Positions 31,622 to 41,682 of a stretch of 64,000 bases of DNA are shown piece after piece. Below the pieces are notes generated by a model. It worked only from the letters and a program-made list of their open reading frames with translations, was not told where the DNA came from and searched no databases. Each line of letters opens with the position of its first letter. The first letter of the stretch is position 1. A program made the translations under genes and the position numbers. Source of the DNA: a virus; the IMG/VR virus record IMGVR_UViG_3300034073_002480, positions 64,001 to 128,000 of that record, one strand, 5' to 3'.

Positions 31622-32527
31622 TTACACGGTCAAACCAGCTTCTTTAGCTTTAGCACCCAAAGAAACACCCAGAGCTTTAAGGTCATCAGTCGCCATAGAA
31701 AGAAAAATAGTAGGATCTCTCTCTTCTATGGCTTTGATTTCGGTATCAGTTAACAGACCAGCACCTAATAGCGCACCTTCGATCTCACGAATCCTAGCAG
31801 CATACTTTTTCTTAGTCTCTGTTTCAGGGTCTACACCATCAGACAGATATTGTGCCAACACAATACCAGTTTGAGGTGTAATCACAAACAAAGGTTCAGT
31901 GAACAAACCACCTTCTGATTTATCGCAGACGCAGTTATGTGCGCGATCTTGGATATCAAATACAAAATCCATTTCGTAAGGAAAATTACTATTTTGTTGT
32001 GTACCTAAGCCAAGTTTTACGACTTGCTTACGACCATTTACCTCTTGTTGTTCATGTTTGATATCAGATCTAGCTGTGATAATCACATGGACTTTAGCGC
32101 TAATAACTTTCTTGACAAAGCGCAAATGACCTGCTTTTGCTTTACCCCAGTCGGTGTAACGACCACCAAGTTTTTGCTGTAATTCTTTGACGTACTCCCA
32201 CTCGTGGGTTGCTGAGTCTAGAATCACAGCATCATAGCCGTTCTGCTCTGCAAGTTCAATAGCTTTGATATAGTCATCCGATGTTACATCTTGGGAAGAC
32301 ACTTCAATAACATCATATTCAAAACCCTCAAGTTCAGGCATATCAACTTTCAATGATGCACGACCATTTTCTGTATCTAATACAAGAACCTTACCATTGT
32401 TAGTTAAACCTTTAGCTAGTAGTAAGCTACTTCCAGTCTTACCACTTCCCGTTTGTCCTGTAATCAAACAACGTAGTTTTTTACTGACTTTCGTTGCTTT
32501 CTTAATACTAGCTGCTGTAATTGCCAT
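31622..32527 (-). CDS. AAA_24/Sak4-like ATPase (RecA-fold annealing recombinase)
   Basis: GQTGSGKT, LDTENG, ILDSATHEW, HVIITARS, YEMD; near ssb. Confidence 0.85.
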   Translation of the reverse strand: MAITAASIKKATKVSKKLRCLITGQTGSGKTGSSLLLAKGLTNNGKVLVLDTENGRASLKVDMPELEGFEYDVIEVSSQDVTSDDYIKAIELAEQNGYDAVILDSATHEWEYVKELQQKLGGRYTDWGKAKAGHLRFVKKVISAKVHVIITARSDIKHEQQEVNGRKQVVKLGLGTQQNSNFPYEMDFVFDIQDRAHNCVCDKSEGGLFTEPLFVITPQTGIVLAQYLSDGVDPETETKKKYAARIREIEGALLGAGLLTDTEIKAIEERDPTIFLSMATDDLKALGVSLGAKAKEAGLTV

Positions 32528-32531
32528 GTGT

Positions 32532-32840
32532 TTATTGTATCTCTTGTAGTTTGTTGTAGTAAGGTAGCAAAGGATTGGATTGTGCTAGAAAAACATCTAA
32601 CACCACGAACTTTCTCTGCCACCATACAGATTGAGAAGCGAGAGCGCGTGAAAAACCCCAACCTTCAGATATAACCGAGAAATCGATCTCAGATGCATTA
32701 TATAAACGCACAGTATGCTGTAGAGGATCATAAGACTGGATCGTGTACACCGAAGGATACCACAAACCATTACTATATGATCCCATCAGGACAGCATCTT
32801 TAGCGGTGTACATTACGCACTTGGTTTTTGGCTCGAACAT
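32532..32840 (-). CDS. Hypothetical protein
   Basis: 102 aa ORF. Confidence 0.6.
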   Translation of the reverse strand: MFEPKTKCVMYTAKDAVLMGSYSNGLWYPSVYTIQSYDPLQHTVRLYNASEIDFSVISEGWGFSRALASQSVWWQRKFVVLDVFLAQSNPLLPYYNKLQEIQ

Positions 32841-32865
32841 ACTTAGTTGTAGAAACGACTAGTAT

Positions 32866-32874
32866 ATTATAGCA
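32866..32874 (-). promoter_or_regulatory. Extended -10 promoter TGCTATAAT
   Basis: Plus strand attatagca at 32866-32874, in the intergenic gap. Confidence 0.6.
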
Positions 32875-32912
32875 CATCGTCTAAGAAACCTGCATTGTCA
32901 TCAGGTGTAGGT

Positions 32913-33311
32913 TCAACCGTTTGCATTGTCACCCTCCTTTTTGTACACCCGTTGCTTGGCTACTTCTTTCTGTAGCCGAGACACCAAACGTCTGATAGCA
33001 ACCAAAGTAGTTGTGTTTAGATTAAAAGGCTTAAGAAATTTGTCTTCAATCTCTACAATAAATTCTTCAGAGAAAGCTTCAGTAGGTTCCCACAGATAAG
33101 AGCCACCAGTTAATGTGTGGTAGTAATAGTTGTGCAAGAACACAAGATACTTAACCTTCACAGGCTCATCCAACGTAGAAAAGAAGGTGGCAGCTTGGGT
33201 TAAACCTTGTTCTTGGATTTCTGTTGCAAGCGTGTTCAAATTGATTTCCGTGTTCGGTGGTTGTTTTGCAAGATAAGCTTGCAGTACAGATGCGGAAATT
33301 TTAGTTGCCAT
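32913..33311 (-). CDS. Hypothetical protein
   Basis: 132 aa ORF. Confidence 0.65.
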   Translation of the reverse strand: MATKISASVLQAYLAKQPPNTEINLNTLATEIQEQGLTQAATFFSTLDEPVKVKYLVFLHNYYYHTLTGGSYLWEPTEAFSEEFIVEIEDKFLKPFNLNTTTLVAIRRLVSRLQKEVAKQRVYKKEGDNANG

Positions 33312-33319
33312 ATTTGTAG

Positions 33320-33727
33320 TTATTTACTGTTATAAAGTGTAGATGCTAATCTACCATCATATTGGTCAGGATAATTGTCTTTCAAAAATGCCATCCATTC
33401 GCGGATACTTAGGAAGTCATTCTCTACCAACAACTGTTGCAAAGCGTTGGTATCAAGTTGTTCTTGTGGTTGCAAAAAAGACTCTAGTAGATGTATCTTT
33501 TGCTGATATCGCTCAACAGCCCCAGAATCGCGCAGTAACGCCTGTGTTTGTCGATAGGATGTCAACAGACGTTCGATTGTTTTCTGTGCCTTGACGGGTT
33601 GTTTTTGGCTCAATCCATAAGCTATATCTTGCTTGAGAACCACAAGATCGTCCAATCGATTTTTATCACCCGCTAAACGTGCTTCGCGGATACCTACTGT
33701 GATTTGTTCGAGAATGTTAGTCATCAA
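33320..33727 (-). CDS. GatB/YqeY-domain protein
   Basis: I.EARLAGDKNRLD.L, IHLLESFLQP.QL, WMAFLKDNYPDQYDGRLAS. Confidence 0.75.
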   Translation of the reverse strand: MMTNILEQITVGIREARLAGDKNRLDDLVVLKQDIAYGLSQKQPVKAQKTIERLLTSYRQTQALLRDSGAVERYQQKIHLLESFLQPQEQLDTNALQQLLVENDFLSIREWMAFLKDNYPDQYDGRLASTLYNSK

Positions 33728-34562
33728 ATCCTACCTCAACAGCAACAAAAGCTAGATCCTCTCCTTCGGTACGGATAGGTTTGACTACCACACTATAAGT
33801 AGATAGTAGGTCATCAACTAGTTCACCATCTGTTTTATCCACCAATTCCAGAGTATGTTGATACCACACCTTTGTCTTGCGTTCGACAGGCACAATAGCT
33901 GTCGTATCTTGCTGTGTTGTCAGCACATCTTGTAACTGTACAAAGAGATTGTATACATATTGACCTTGTGCAGCATAAGACTCTGGATCTTCTGATTGAT
34001 AGAGATCTACCCATAGTTGGGAAAAAGACTCAGCATCATACTCTTGTGTAAGATCGAGACCTACAGCTTTACTGAGAGCAAGCACTAAGTCTTGTGGAGT
34101 TGGTTGACCACCTTTCTTTCTACGGTTCTTGGATAAAGCTGCCATATTGTTTTCGTTTTATTATTGTGTATAGACTGTAGATTAACGTCTTCAGACAGAC
34201 AAAATAAGTTAAAAACCTAATTCTGACTTCGCTTCTATAGTTTTTTGTGGTAAAGCATAATCGTAAGCAGTTTGCATCTGTAGTACAAAATCATCGGTTA
34301 AACCACGTAATACAGCTTCCAGAATATAAGGCATAAGTGTTTCATGAGCTTTACTGATAATCTGTTGTGGATCAGCTTGTGGTTGGTTCCTATACAATAC
34401 ACCAATAACTGTACTCACAGGTTTATCTTTGTTCTCTAATTGCAGACGAGCATTTTCAATCTGCCGTAAATGCATACGGATAATGTTTACCAAATGTGTA
34501 TTTTCTAGCATGACGATAGGAGTCAACCCATCTTGTGTTTTGTGGTTATAAAAATCAGCCAT
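33717..34562 (-). other. Two hypothetical CDS (33717..34145, 34209..34562)
   Basis: Minus-strand ORFs of 142 and 117 aa. Confidence 0.65.
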
Positions 34563-34905
34563 GTAAATCTATCTCCTGTTTATAAATACCAATAGAAAAA
34601 TCAATAAGAGAGTTATCGGAAAAATGTTTAACTGCGGGACAGTTGTGGCTATCACTATCATATAGTAACACTTTTAACCAATCATTTTTTGTAGCTAATA
34701 AACTAAACATTTTTACTACTAAGTAATCATTAGTACCTAAATAAATATCTTGAGCTTCAAGATCTAACTGTAAAAGATTGTGGATTAATTTCTGTACATA
34801 AGTAGGATGTAATCCAACACCAAAGTTATCAAAAACAATATCACCAGACTCAATTTTCTGACATAGAAAAGAGGTTTTCTTTTTACCTATAACAACTATT
34901 AACAT
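34555..34905 (-). CDS. Small protein resembling the C-terminal half of an ABC/AAA_21-type ATPase
   Basis: IVFDNFGVGLHPTYVQKLIHNL resembles Walker B/D-loop (IDEPE.GLHP..Q..L); IYLGTNDYLVV resembles the H-loop (ITTHSY); no Walker A. Confidence 0.5.
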   Translation of the reverse strand: MLIVVIGKKKTSFLCQKIESGDIVFDNFGVGLHPTYVQKLIHNLLQLDLEAQDIYLGTNDYLVVKMFSLLATKNDWLKVLLYDSDSHNCPAVKHFSDNSLIDFSIGIYKQEIDLHG

Positions 34906-35401
34906 CTCATACCTGTATAAGAGTTACCATTGTGTGCAGTGTTTAATGCTTCTTGTTGATCCGCAGGAAAAGAAGGATCAATCTCGTGGGTAAACACTAA
35001 ATCAAGATGTTTTTCTATCATAGACATAGTTTCAGGGGTTGCACCTTCACGATGATCGATAGTTTGCTTTAGTTCAAAATACCCCTTTAACCAGTAGCAG
35101 AAGTCTCTAGCCGTCATTTGTTTATCTCCAATAGTTCTATTAAATCTTGTTGGTCGGATATATGAAAATCAATATAATCTTCATATACGTCTAGATTGTC
35201 AGCATTAAAAGTTATAAAGGTTAATCTTACTAATTTTCTGTATGGTTCTCCTATATTTGTTTCCTGTAAAGAGACTACTTTAATATGTTTAATAATACCA
35301 TCTTCAATCAGAAAGACTTTATCATCAATCTTAAATACAAGACGTAGCCCATCATATATTAAAGCTGGATGATCTCGATAGTTCTCAAATACTTTATTCA
35401 T
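34899..35401 (-). other. Two small hypothetical CDS (34899..35117, 35114..35401)
   Basis: Coupled ORFs; the first starts MTARDFCYWLKGYFEL, a common phage N-terminus. Confidence 0.65.
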
Positions 35402-35604
35402 AAATGCCCTAGCGGTTGTAATAAATCAGAGATAGGTAGCCAGTGTGTAGGTTCGTGAAACAAACATGAAACAACTTTTTGACAAGATTCAAGCCATAAA
35501 CCAGACTCTACTTCATAAAAAGCTTTCCACACATCATAACCATCATATATTAACACATCTGTACCATTTAAAGGTGCAGTAGAAATAGGTTGCCAGTTAA
35601 TCAT
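35398..35604 (-). CDS. DUF551-like protein
   Basis: NWQPISTAPLNGT...PTHWLP. Confidence 0.8.
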   Translation of the reverse strand: MINWQPISTAPLNGTDVLIYDGYDVWKAFYEVESGLWLESCQKVVSCLFHEPTHWLPISDLLQPLGHL

Positions 35605-35864
35605 AGTTCACATCTGTGAGGATAAATTATAGGTTGCCAGAGAGAATTAACAGGATTAGGATCACAAATATCATACCAACAATTATTACAAGGGGAGTCT
35701 ATATGCCAATAACTATATCTCGAATGTCTTTCACCTTTATTATCTACAAAAGAAAACTCTTCTGATTCTTCATACCAAGCCGTATAAACAGAACCTTCAT
35801 AGTAAAATAAAATATGAGTACCATCTTTTGGAGCAGTATCTAGTGTTTGCCAGTTATTTGTCAT
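35601..35864 (-). CDS. DUF551-like protein
   Basis: NWQTLDTAPKDGTH...LWQPI. Confidence 0.8.
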   Translation of the reverse strand: MTNNWQTLDTAPKDGTHILFYYEGSVYTAWYEESEEFSFVDNKGERHSRYSYWHIDSPCNNCWYDICDPNPVNSLWQPIIYPHRCEL

Positions 35865-36955
35865 AACAAGTAGTCCTTTATCATCGAAACAACTTCTTCT
35901 TCTATGGTTTGACGGTCTGGTGTACGTGGTAGCTTTGTGTTGTTTTTTGCTGTTTCGAGGTCTAACATCAAACCATCTACCTGTACCATCAAAGCACCGT
36001 ATTCGACTTCACCATTCCGTATAGATCTGATATAATCAGCATCACCAGCTACACGACGATCTGGTATTACACCCTGACCGTTCAAAATCTCGATACCAGA
36101 TTTTAACAAACGATAAGCATGACCAGCATGTTTCGCGTCCATTCCACATTTTTCTTCTATGGCAGCACGTTTACTATTCCTGTTTGCTTTCCAACTATGA
36201 AACGCATCATATTCTTGCTTAGCTTGCCTATAGCGTTGAGTATTATGTAGTAAAGTCATAAACTCATCTGTACTACGTGTGTAATACTGTACAGCATCTA
36301 ACAATTCAGGTTTGATTTTATACTGCTTTAATACACTCTTGAAATCAATGTGTGCAAATATTTCATCACGGATACTATGGTATTGTGCCGCGTCATCAAT
36401 CAGAATGTAAAGAAACTCCAAGAAAGCGTTTAACTGTTCTTTGCGTAGTGGGTTGTCCTCAAGACCATAATCTTTAGGATTAGGTGGTGTATTAAAGAAG
36501 TCGGTATTAGCATGGTAGGCTTGCAACCAACCTCTGTGTGTTTTTACACGTTTGATTTGTGCATAAGCATAACCTGAGTAGCTATGGTAAACCTTCGTAG
36601 AAAGAAACAACTCACGTAATGCAATAAGACGATCTGCTAGTTGTGTTTTTACAACATAATGTTCAGATGCAACCCACAATAGTTCCAGAATATTCGGGTT
36701 GTTGAGTAAAGCTAAATGCACATATTTCTTGAGATTGTAAATCTGTGAATCTGTGTTGGTTAAAACAGGATATAGACAGTCAGGATCTACAAAAGAGTCA
36801 AGCTGGTCGAAATTAGAATCACCGAAGAAATACTGAACTGGTGGTATACAGATCCCCTTGTAGTCGTAATCAGACTCAGGGTTGTCAATACCGTACAAAC
36901 GAGAACCTGTAAGTGTTAGGAGTATTGTACAGGATTCAACTTCTTTTCTTTTCAT
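35861..36955 (-). CDS. Pol-beta superfamily nucleotidyltransferase (YcgL/RlaP-like)
   Basis: GSRLYGIDNPESDYDYKG, NNPNILELLW, YSGYA..Q, KHAGHAYRLL, IRNGE. Confidence 0.88.
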   Translation of the reverse strand: MKRKEVESCTILLTLTGSRLYGIDNPESDYDYKGICIPPVQYFFGDSNFDQLDSFVDPDCLYPVLTNTDSQIYNLKKYVHLALLNNPNILELLWVASEHYVVKTQLADRLIALRELFLSTKVYHSYSGYAYAQIKRVKTHRGWLQAYHANTDFFNTPPNPKDYGLEDNPLRKEQLNAFLEFLYILIDDAAQYHSIRDEIFAHIDFKSVLKQYKIKPELLDAVQYYTRSTDEFMTLLHNTQRYRQAKQEYDAFHSWKANRNSKRAAIEEKCGMDAKHAGHAYRLLKSGIEILNGQGVIPDRRVAGDADYIRSIRNGEVEYGALMVQVDGLMLDLETAKNNTKLPRTPDRQTIEEEVVSMIKDYLL

Positions 36956-37646
36956 TTTTCTTTTTTCCTTTACCTGATTCAGACCTGAAACTAACTTTCA
37001 CATCGTAACCATGAGCTACTATTTTCTGTTCATCTGTCTGTGTGTTAATACAAACATCAGATACGAAGATATTGCCCAACCAATAATCAATCTGTTGTGC
37101 TGCGGTGTAAGCATCTACAACTTTATAAAACTGGATATCTTTTAAAGAAGGATACAGCACCAAATCACCAGCGATATCAGTTTTTACTAGTTTGTTGAAA
37201 TAACCATATCTATAGTGTAGCTTGAACACAAAGTAACAAACACCAGATGCTAACTGCACATCTTTCACAGGAGGTATGTCAAATGCAGTTTGTATATCTC
37301 TTTCACGGAAATCGAAGTAAAAACTATCATGCTTTTTGAAATAGGCATGAATAGCATCGAAAGACCATAGAAAAGAAGGTGCGGAGTCCATATACTCTAT
37401 TGCTCTACCTTCATAATCATATTTTATGACTTTTTTAGGTTTATCATCAATAAGAAAAGGATAGACGGAACCGCAGAAGAATAGATACTGTAGCTTGTTG
37501 CACAAAGGTAATTTGGCTATACCCTCTGGTAAAGAACCAACCACCACTTTTTTTCTATGGTCTTCATATCTTACGAAATGGTCGAGTGATGATATTTGGT
37601 ATAGTACAGGATCGTAATAATCTTTAATTTTACTGTGAATCTGCAT
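36936..37646 (-). CDS. Hypothetical phage protein
   Basis: KDYYD N-terminus, PSLKDIQFYKVVDAYTAAQQI, HGYD..SFR; overlaps the nucleotidyltransferase start. Confidence 0.75.
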   Translation of the reverse strand: MQIHSKIKDYYDPVLYQISSLDHFVRYEDHRKKVVVGSLPEGIAKLPLCNKLQYLFFCGSVYPFLIDDKPKKVIKYDYEGRAIEYMDSAPSFLWSFDAIHAYFKKHDSFYFDFRERDIQTAFDIPPVKDVQLASGVCYFVFKLHYRYGYFNKLVKTDIAGDLVLYPSLKDIQFYKVVDAYTAAQQIDYWLGNIFVSDVCINTQTDEQKIVAHGYDVKVSFRSESGKGKKKNEKKRS

Positions 37647-37926
37647 TGTTGGTTAGTCTCTTTAAAGAAGCCCACTCAGAGTTCCAGAATTTAACTTTAA
37701 CTCCATTTGTAAACTCAAGAATAAACTCCCTACCAGAATAGTCAAGATCACCTCTACAATTAAATTGTATGTCAAAAGGAGTTTCGTATTTGATATTATC
37801 TTCAGTCTCGTATGTAGCTGTTTTGACTATATCACCAAAGATAGAGCGACACATTTCGGTAAGTTTAGAATCAATAGACATCGTTAACCTCCCACTTATC
37901 TTGTTGTATTTCCAATAATCGTTCAC
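37630..37926 (-). CDS. Hypothetical protein
   Basis: 98 aa ORF. Confidence 0.55.
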   Translation of the reverse strand: MNDYWKYNKISGRLTMSIDSKLTEMCRSIFGDIVKTATYETEDNIKYETPFDIQFNCRGDLDYSGREFILEFTNGVKVKFWNSEWASLKRLTNNADSQ

Positions 37927-38030
37927 ATAGATCTAACTGCATCTGCAAAGCATCTATCTCAAAAGCTTGTTCTGCAACTATGTCAGACAAACCAAACAGA
38001 CGTAGTAAAAAATTTTTAATCATAACCATA

Positions 38031-38063
38031 GAAAAGAAGTGGATAGTTATTAGCCACCCACTT
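38031..38063 (-). terminator. Intrinsic terminator
   Basis: Minus strand AAGTGGGTGG-ctaata-ACTATCCACTT followed by CTTTTCT. Confidence 0.6.
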
Positions 38064-38073
38064 TGTAGTTTAT

Positions 38074-38508
38074 TTAGTCTTCGTCTTCATTAGGATCTGT
38101 GAAATCAGTATCGCAGTAGTTCTCATCCTCATCCTCATCCTCATCCTCATCCTCATCCTCATCCTCAGAGTCAGAGTTAGAGTCAGAGTCAGAGTCAGAG
38201 TTAGAGTCAGAGTCTAACTTATATTTTAAATAGTCGATCAAATCAGTAGCTATTTGTTCTGGAATAGAAGATGCAAGAATGTTGTGTGTTCTGTGATTTA
38301 CAATCTCTCCAACTTTTTCTTCAAAATCAGAGAAGAAATGCACAGGTAGTTTTGATTTTGGTTCTCGAATCTTCAACAAAGTAATCTCTCTTAATAAAGC
38401 CACAACTTCGTCTTGTCGTTGCAGTAACAAACCATGTACAAGATTGTACTGGCGTTGTAGTTGTTCTTTGGCGGTTTCAAGTTCTGCGATTTTTTGTTTG
38501 TTAAACAT
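38074..38508 (-). CDS. Coiled-coil protein with highly acidic C-terminal tail
   Basis: (DS/NS)n(ED)n tail. Confidence 0.75.
   Translation of the reverse strand: MFNKQKIAELETAKEQLQRQYNLVHGLLLQRQDEVVALLREITLLKIREPKSKLPVHFFSDFEEKVGEIVNHRTHNILASSIPEQIATDLIDYLKYKLDSDSNSDSDSDSNSDSEDEDEDEDEDEDEDENYCDTDFTDPNEDED
38122..38214. repeat. Compound hexamer microsatellite (CTCATC)x7 then (AGAGTY)x8
   Basis: Seen directly at 38122-38214; encodes DSDSNSDSDSDSNSDSEDEDEDEDEDEDEDE on the minus strand. Confidence 0.95.
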
Positions 38509-39180
38509 TGGTAAGTACCTTCTTTTGTTGTTGTTTTTGGTTATGAGAGCGAGGTGTGTAATCTACAGGTAGTCCCAAAGGCTGTACCAATCTGACAACC
38601 GAAGCCCAGTCATTGTTGCGGATAGCATGTACAGTTTTTTGCACATCTTCCTTCATGCGGATTGCTTGGACTACAGCTTGTACTCCGACTGCTTTGACTC
38701 GACTACGCGCACCAGAGATTTTGCCTTTATACTGTAGCACAAAACCAGTTGCTTCGATCTGTTGAGCTTCTTGTGGTGTCACGATAGCTGTATCACGTTT
38801 AAGGAAACGCAACCAGTTAGCTGCTTTAGCACGGATATCGTAAGCTACAGCATCTTTCCATCTATTGACTTTACCAATTTGCTTGTTCTGACTTTTACCT
38901 GCTGCCATTTTGTTGTTATGTAGGTTTACTAGATACGAGAGTTTGAAGGGTTTTCTTTCCCCGCAGGTTAATACTCTCTGTCGTAATCTATATCCATATA
39001 TTCTCTAGATTCGTTATACTCTACTTCTAAAGCACCATATAGTTTCTCAAGTTTAAGACACTCTGAACGCCAAAATTCTGTTGTTTCCCTACTTTCTTTT
39101 AGTAAGAGTTCAAGACGCTCTATTTTCGCTTTTTTACCTCTAACTTTAGCCATAATACACCAACAAAACATACAAACCAA
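38501..39180 (-). other. Two hypothetical CDS (38501..38908 basic; 38968..39180 coiled coil)
   Basis: Minus-strand ORFs. Confidence 0.6.
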
Positions 39181-39216
39181 AACTAACAGTCAAAAGTTGA
39201 TCTGCAATTTTCATAG

Positions 39217-39966
39217 CTAGAACTCCTGATACAAACCATAGGCAGGAACATGAACACACAATGAACCACCAGTGTTTCCGCACCCTGTGTCTATAACTCT
39301 CTGATGTTTGCCACAACTTAGAATATGATAATGCCCTGCAACACGTACAGCAGGAAGACCGTAGAAAGAAAGGGGTTCATCTGATGACCACCAATCTACT
39401 CTTTTGTTATCACGATCTAACAGACCATACAAAGCTTCTTGTTTGTGGTGTTTAGATGGTTGTTCAAGATTAGTTTTTATGTTGAAATAAGCATGACTGC
39501 ACAAGAAACTTACTGTGGTATCATGCTGTAAGTCATAAGATTCGATAACTACATGATAGGGTAATCCCGATAACCAGTTGTGGATCTCCTTCTTTTCTTC
39601 TATGGTCAGGGTGTTTATAAATTGCGAGATAGTATAATCCAACCCATAGTTAACCTTGACTGGGTTTGGTCTTGTACCTACCAGATGATGCTTAAGCCAG
39701 CGCATTAATTTTTCTTGATGATTAGATTGTAAAAGAATATCACCATGTTGTTCTACACAATTTTTGATAATAAGATAAGTTTGTAGAGGATCACTATAAG
39801 GTGGGTAATTCTTTTCGTGGTCGTCTAGCCGTGAATCCCAGCAGTCTGCTAAAAATACTAGCTGTGTAGATTCTGGTGGATATTCACCTTTAATCCAGTC
39901 TAAAGCATCTTGCAGCTTTCTATGTTGACTATGTATATCCGAGACAAAACAGACTACTTTATCCAT
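39217..39966 (-). CDS. Calcineurin-like metallophosphoesterase
   Basis: SDIHS, LADCWD, SNHQE, SHA, GHYH, IDTGC motifs. Confidence 0.88.
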   Translation of the reverse strand: MDKVVCFVSDIHSQHRKLQDALDWIKGEYPPESTQLVFLADCWDSRLDDHEKNYPPYSDPLQTYLIIKNCVEQHGDILLQSNHQEKLMRWLKHHLVGTRPNPVKVNYGLDYTISQFINTLTIEEKKEIHNWLSGLPYHVVIESYDLQHDTTVSFLCSHAYFNIKTNLEQPSKHHKQEALYGLLDRDNKRVDWWSSDEPLSFYGLPAVRVAGHYHILSCGKHQRVIDTGCGNTGGSLCVHVPAYGLYQEF

Positions 39967-39973
39967 GTTTTTG

Positions 39974-39982
39974 TGTTATAAT
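39974..39982 (+). promoter_or_regulatory. Extended -10 promoter TGTTATAAT, probably for the homing endonuclease
   Basis: Seen at 39974-39982, 100 bp upstream of ATG 40082. Confidence 0.55.
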
Positions 39983-40081
39983 AATATTGAGGAACTTAAA
40001 TAGTCTGATCCACTATTGAAATTAGCAACTAACTAGGCTACGTTCCTTTTATTTTTAGTTAGATTAGTTAGTGAGAAAATT

Positions 40082-40879
40082 ATGTATAGTTTGCAAGACT
40101 GCTATAAAACACCGAAAGATTCAGATCTTTGTAAGTTTGGCGTTTATTGTATTGAAAATATTAATAGTGGTAAGCAGTATATAGGAAGTACATCTGGTAG
40201 TTTTTCTAAAAGATTTCGAGAACATTTCAACGCTTTAAAAAATAACAAACATCATTCTCAGATATTGCAAAGAAGTTTCAACAAACATGGTATTGAGTCT
40301 TTCTCTTTAAAAATTTTAGAAGAAGTTGATACGAAAGATTATAAAATACTAAGAGCTAGAGAGCAGTATTATTTAGACACTCTAAAACCTGAGTACAACA
40401 TACTTCCTAATGCTGAATCTTTTTCTGGTTACAAATATTCTGAAGAACGTAAGAAGAAACAGGTTAATGTTCTACGTTCTAAGTTTGCCGCTAAAGATTG
40501 TGGTGTTAAGTACCACCCTACAGATGGTAAATGGAGTGTACATATCTCCGTTACAGATTTTAAAATGAGTAATCTAGGTTATTTTAAAACTAAAGAGGAA
40601 GCACTAACAGCTAGGAAACAAGCAGAGGTTGTATTCTGGACGGAGGAGTTTGATAATCTGCCTACAGAAGAAAAGAAAATAATTGCTAAAAAATACAAGA
40701 AATCTATAGTCCGTGCTGATTGCACATCTGGTTACAGGTACATATCCATAAGTAGTGCCAGAATAGGCGGTAAATGTTGGAAATTTTTCTATAAACGAAA
40801 GCTGATACAGTCTTTCTATACACTTGAAGAGGCTGTTGACTTCAGAGACAAATACCTCGAAGAAAACAACCTCGTCTAA
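40082..40879 (+). CDS. Free-standing GIY-YIG homing endonuclease with AP2-like DNA-binding domains
   Basis: GVYCIENINSGKQYIGST, RFREH, REQYYLD, YNI; AP2-like GVKY...KW...LGYFKTKEEA..AR and SGYRYI...FYTLEEAVDFRD. Confidence 0.92.
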   Translation: MYSLQDCYKTPKDSDLCKFGVYCIENINSGKQYIGSTSGSFSKRFREHFNALKNNKHHSQILQRSFNKHGIESFSLKILEEVDTKDYKILRAREQYYLDTLKPEYNILPNAESFSGYKYSEERKKKQVNVLRSKFAAKDCGVKYHPTDGKWSVHISVTDFKMSNLGYFKTKEEALTARKQAEVVFWTEEFDNLPTEEKKIIAKKYKKSIVRADCTSGYRYISISSARIGGKCWKFFYKRKLIQSFYTLEEAVDFRDKYLEENNLV

Positions 40880-40887
40880 AGTGTAGA

Positions 40888-41682
40888 TCATGGTAGTTGA
40901 AAAGGTGCTAACACATGGGTTTGGTAGTGATCTGTATTAGAAGAATTACCTTGGATATCAGGCATCTGCCAACCTATGATACCATAACCTTTACCATACA
41001 AACAGATATTCCTTAGTTGCTGAGCTAGTAACATCGCGTTCTGCATATTGCCCCAGTATGTCTCTGGTGAACTTGTACTAGCACCACATCCACGTTGATC
41101 TACACCTAATTCTGGAGCTTGATCTACGTTGTCATTTCTCATGTTAATATCGTGTTGACGAAAATCTTCGCCAAATCCAGTGCCATTGTAGATACCCATA
41201 GCAGACGACCATCCATCTAGAATATTGTTTCCTGCATCTAGGTATAGCCAGTTTGTTTGACGTGCATCTGTGAAAGAATCTGGGTCTGGTTTTAAAATAT
41301 TCATAATACGATTACGTGTTCTAATATTATCCACGCATGAGATAATGATCAGGTCTTGTGTACCTACTTTTTTCATCAGTTTCTCTAAGAGTCTCTTGTT
41401 AGCGAAAGAAGCCCAAAAATCAACGTTACCGACATTATAATGTTGTTGTAGTTTACGTTGTAGCACAGCACCTTTTTGTTCACCCAAATCTCTATAGCAG
41501 AAATTTTGGCGCACTGTGTTAGATTGAGAGACTGTATCAGCATCTATCAACACAATTAATGGTGACTGCAACCTTTTAAGTTCACCATAATGACCTACTA
41601 TCCGCCCTAAACTATCGGCAAAATAACTACCTGTACCACCACATCCTACCAGTGCAATCACAGGTTTATTGAATCTTAACAT
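40888..41682 (-). CDS. ThiF/E1-like ubiquitin-activating enzyme
   Basis: VGCGGTGS, DADTVSQSNTVRQNF, K, CVDN..TR, DAGN, candidate catalytic Cys199 in RGCG. Confidence 0.92.
   Translation of the reverse strand: MLRFNKPVIALVGCGGTGSYFADSLGRIVGHYGELKRLQSPLIVLIDADTVSQSNTVRQNFCYRDLGEQKGAVLQRKLQQHYNVGNVDFWASFANKRLLEKLMKKVGTQDLIIISCVDNIRTRNRIMNILKPDPDSFTDARQTNWLYLDAGNNILDGWSSAMGIYNGTGFGEDFRQHDINMRNDNVDQAPELGVDQRGCGASTSSPETYWGNMQNAMLLAQQLRNICLYGKGYGIIGWQMPDIQGNSSNTDHYQTHVLAPFQLP

Noticed and set aside
40888-41682. ThiF as a thiamine or molybdopterin biosynthesis gene
   Set aside because: No ThiS/MoaD with GG, no ThiG or MoaE nearby, no paired CxxC zinc motifs; neighbouring E2 and JAB genes favour protein conjugation.
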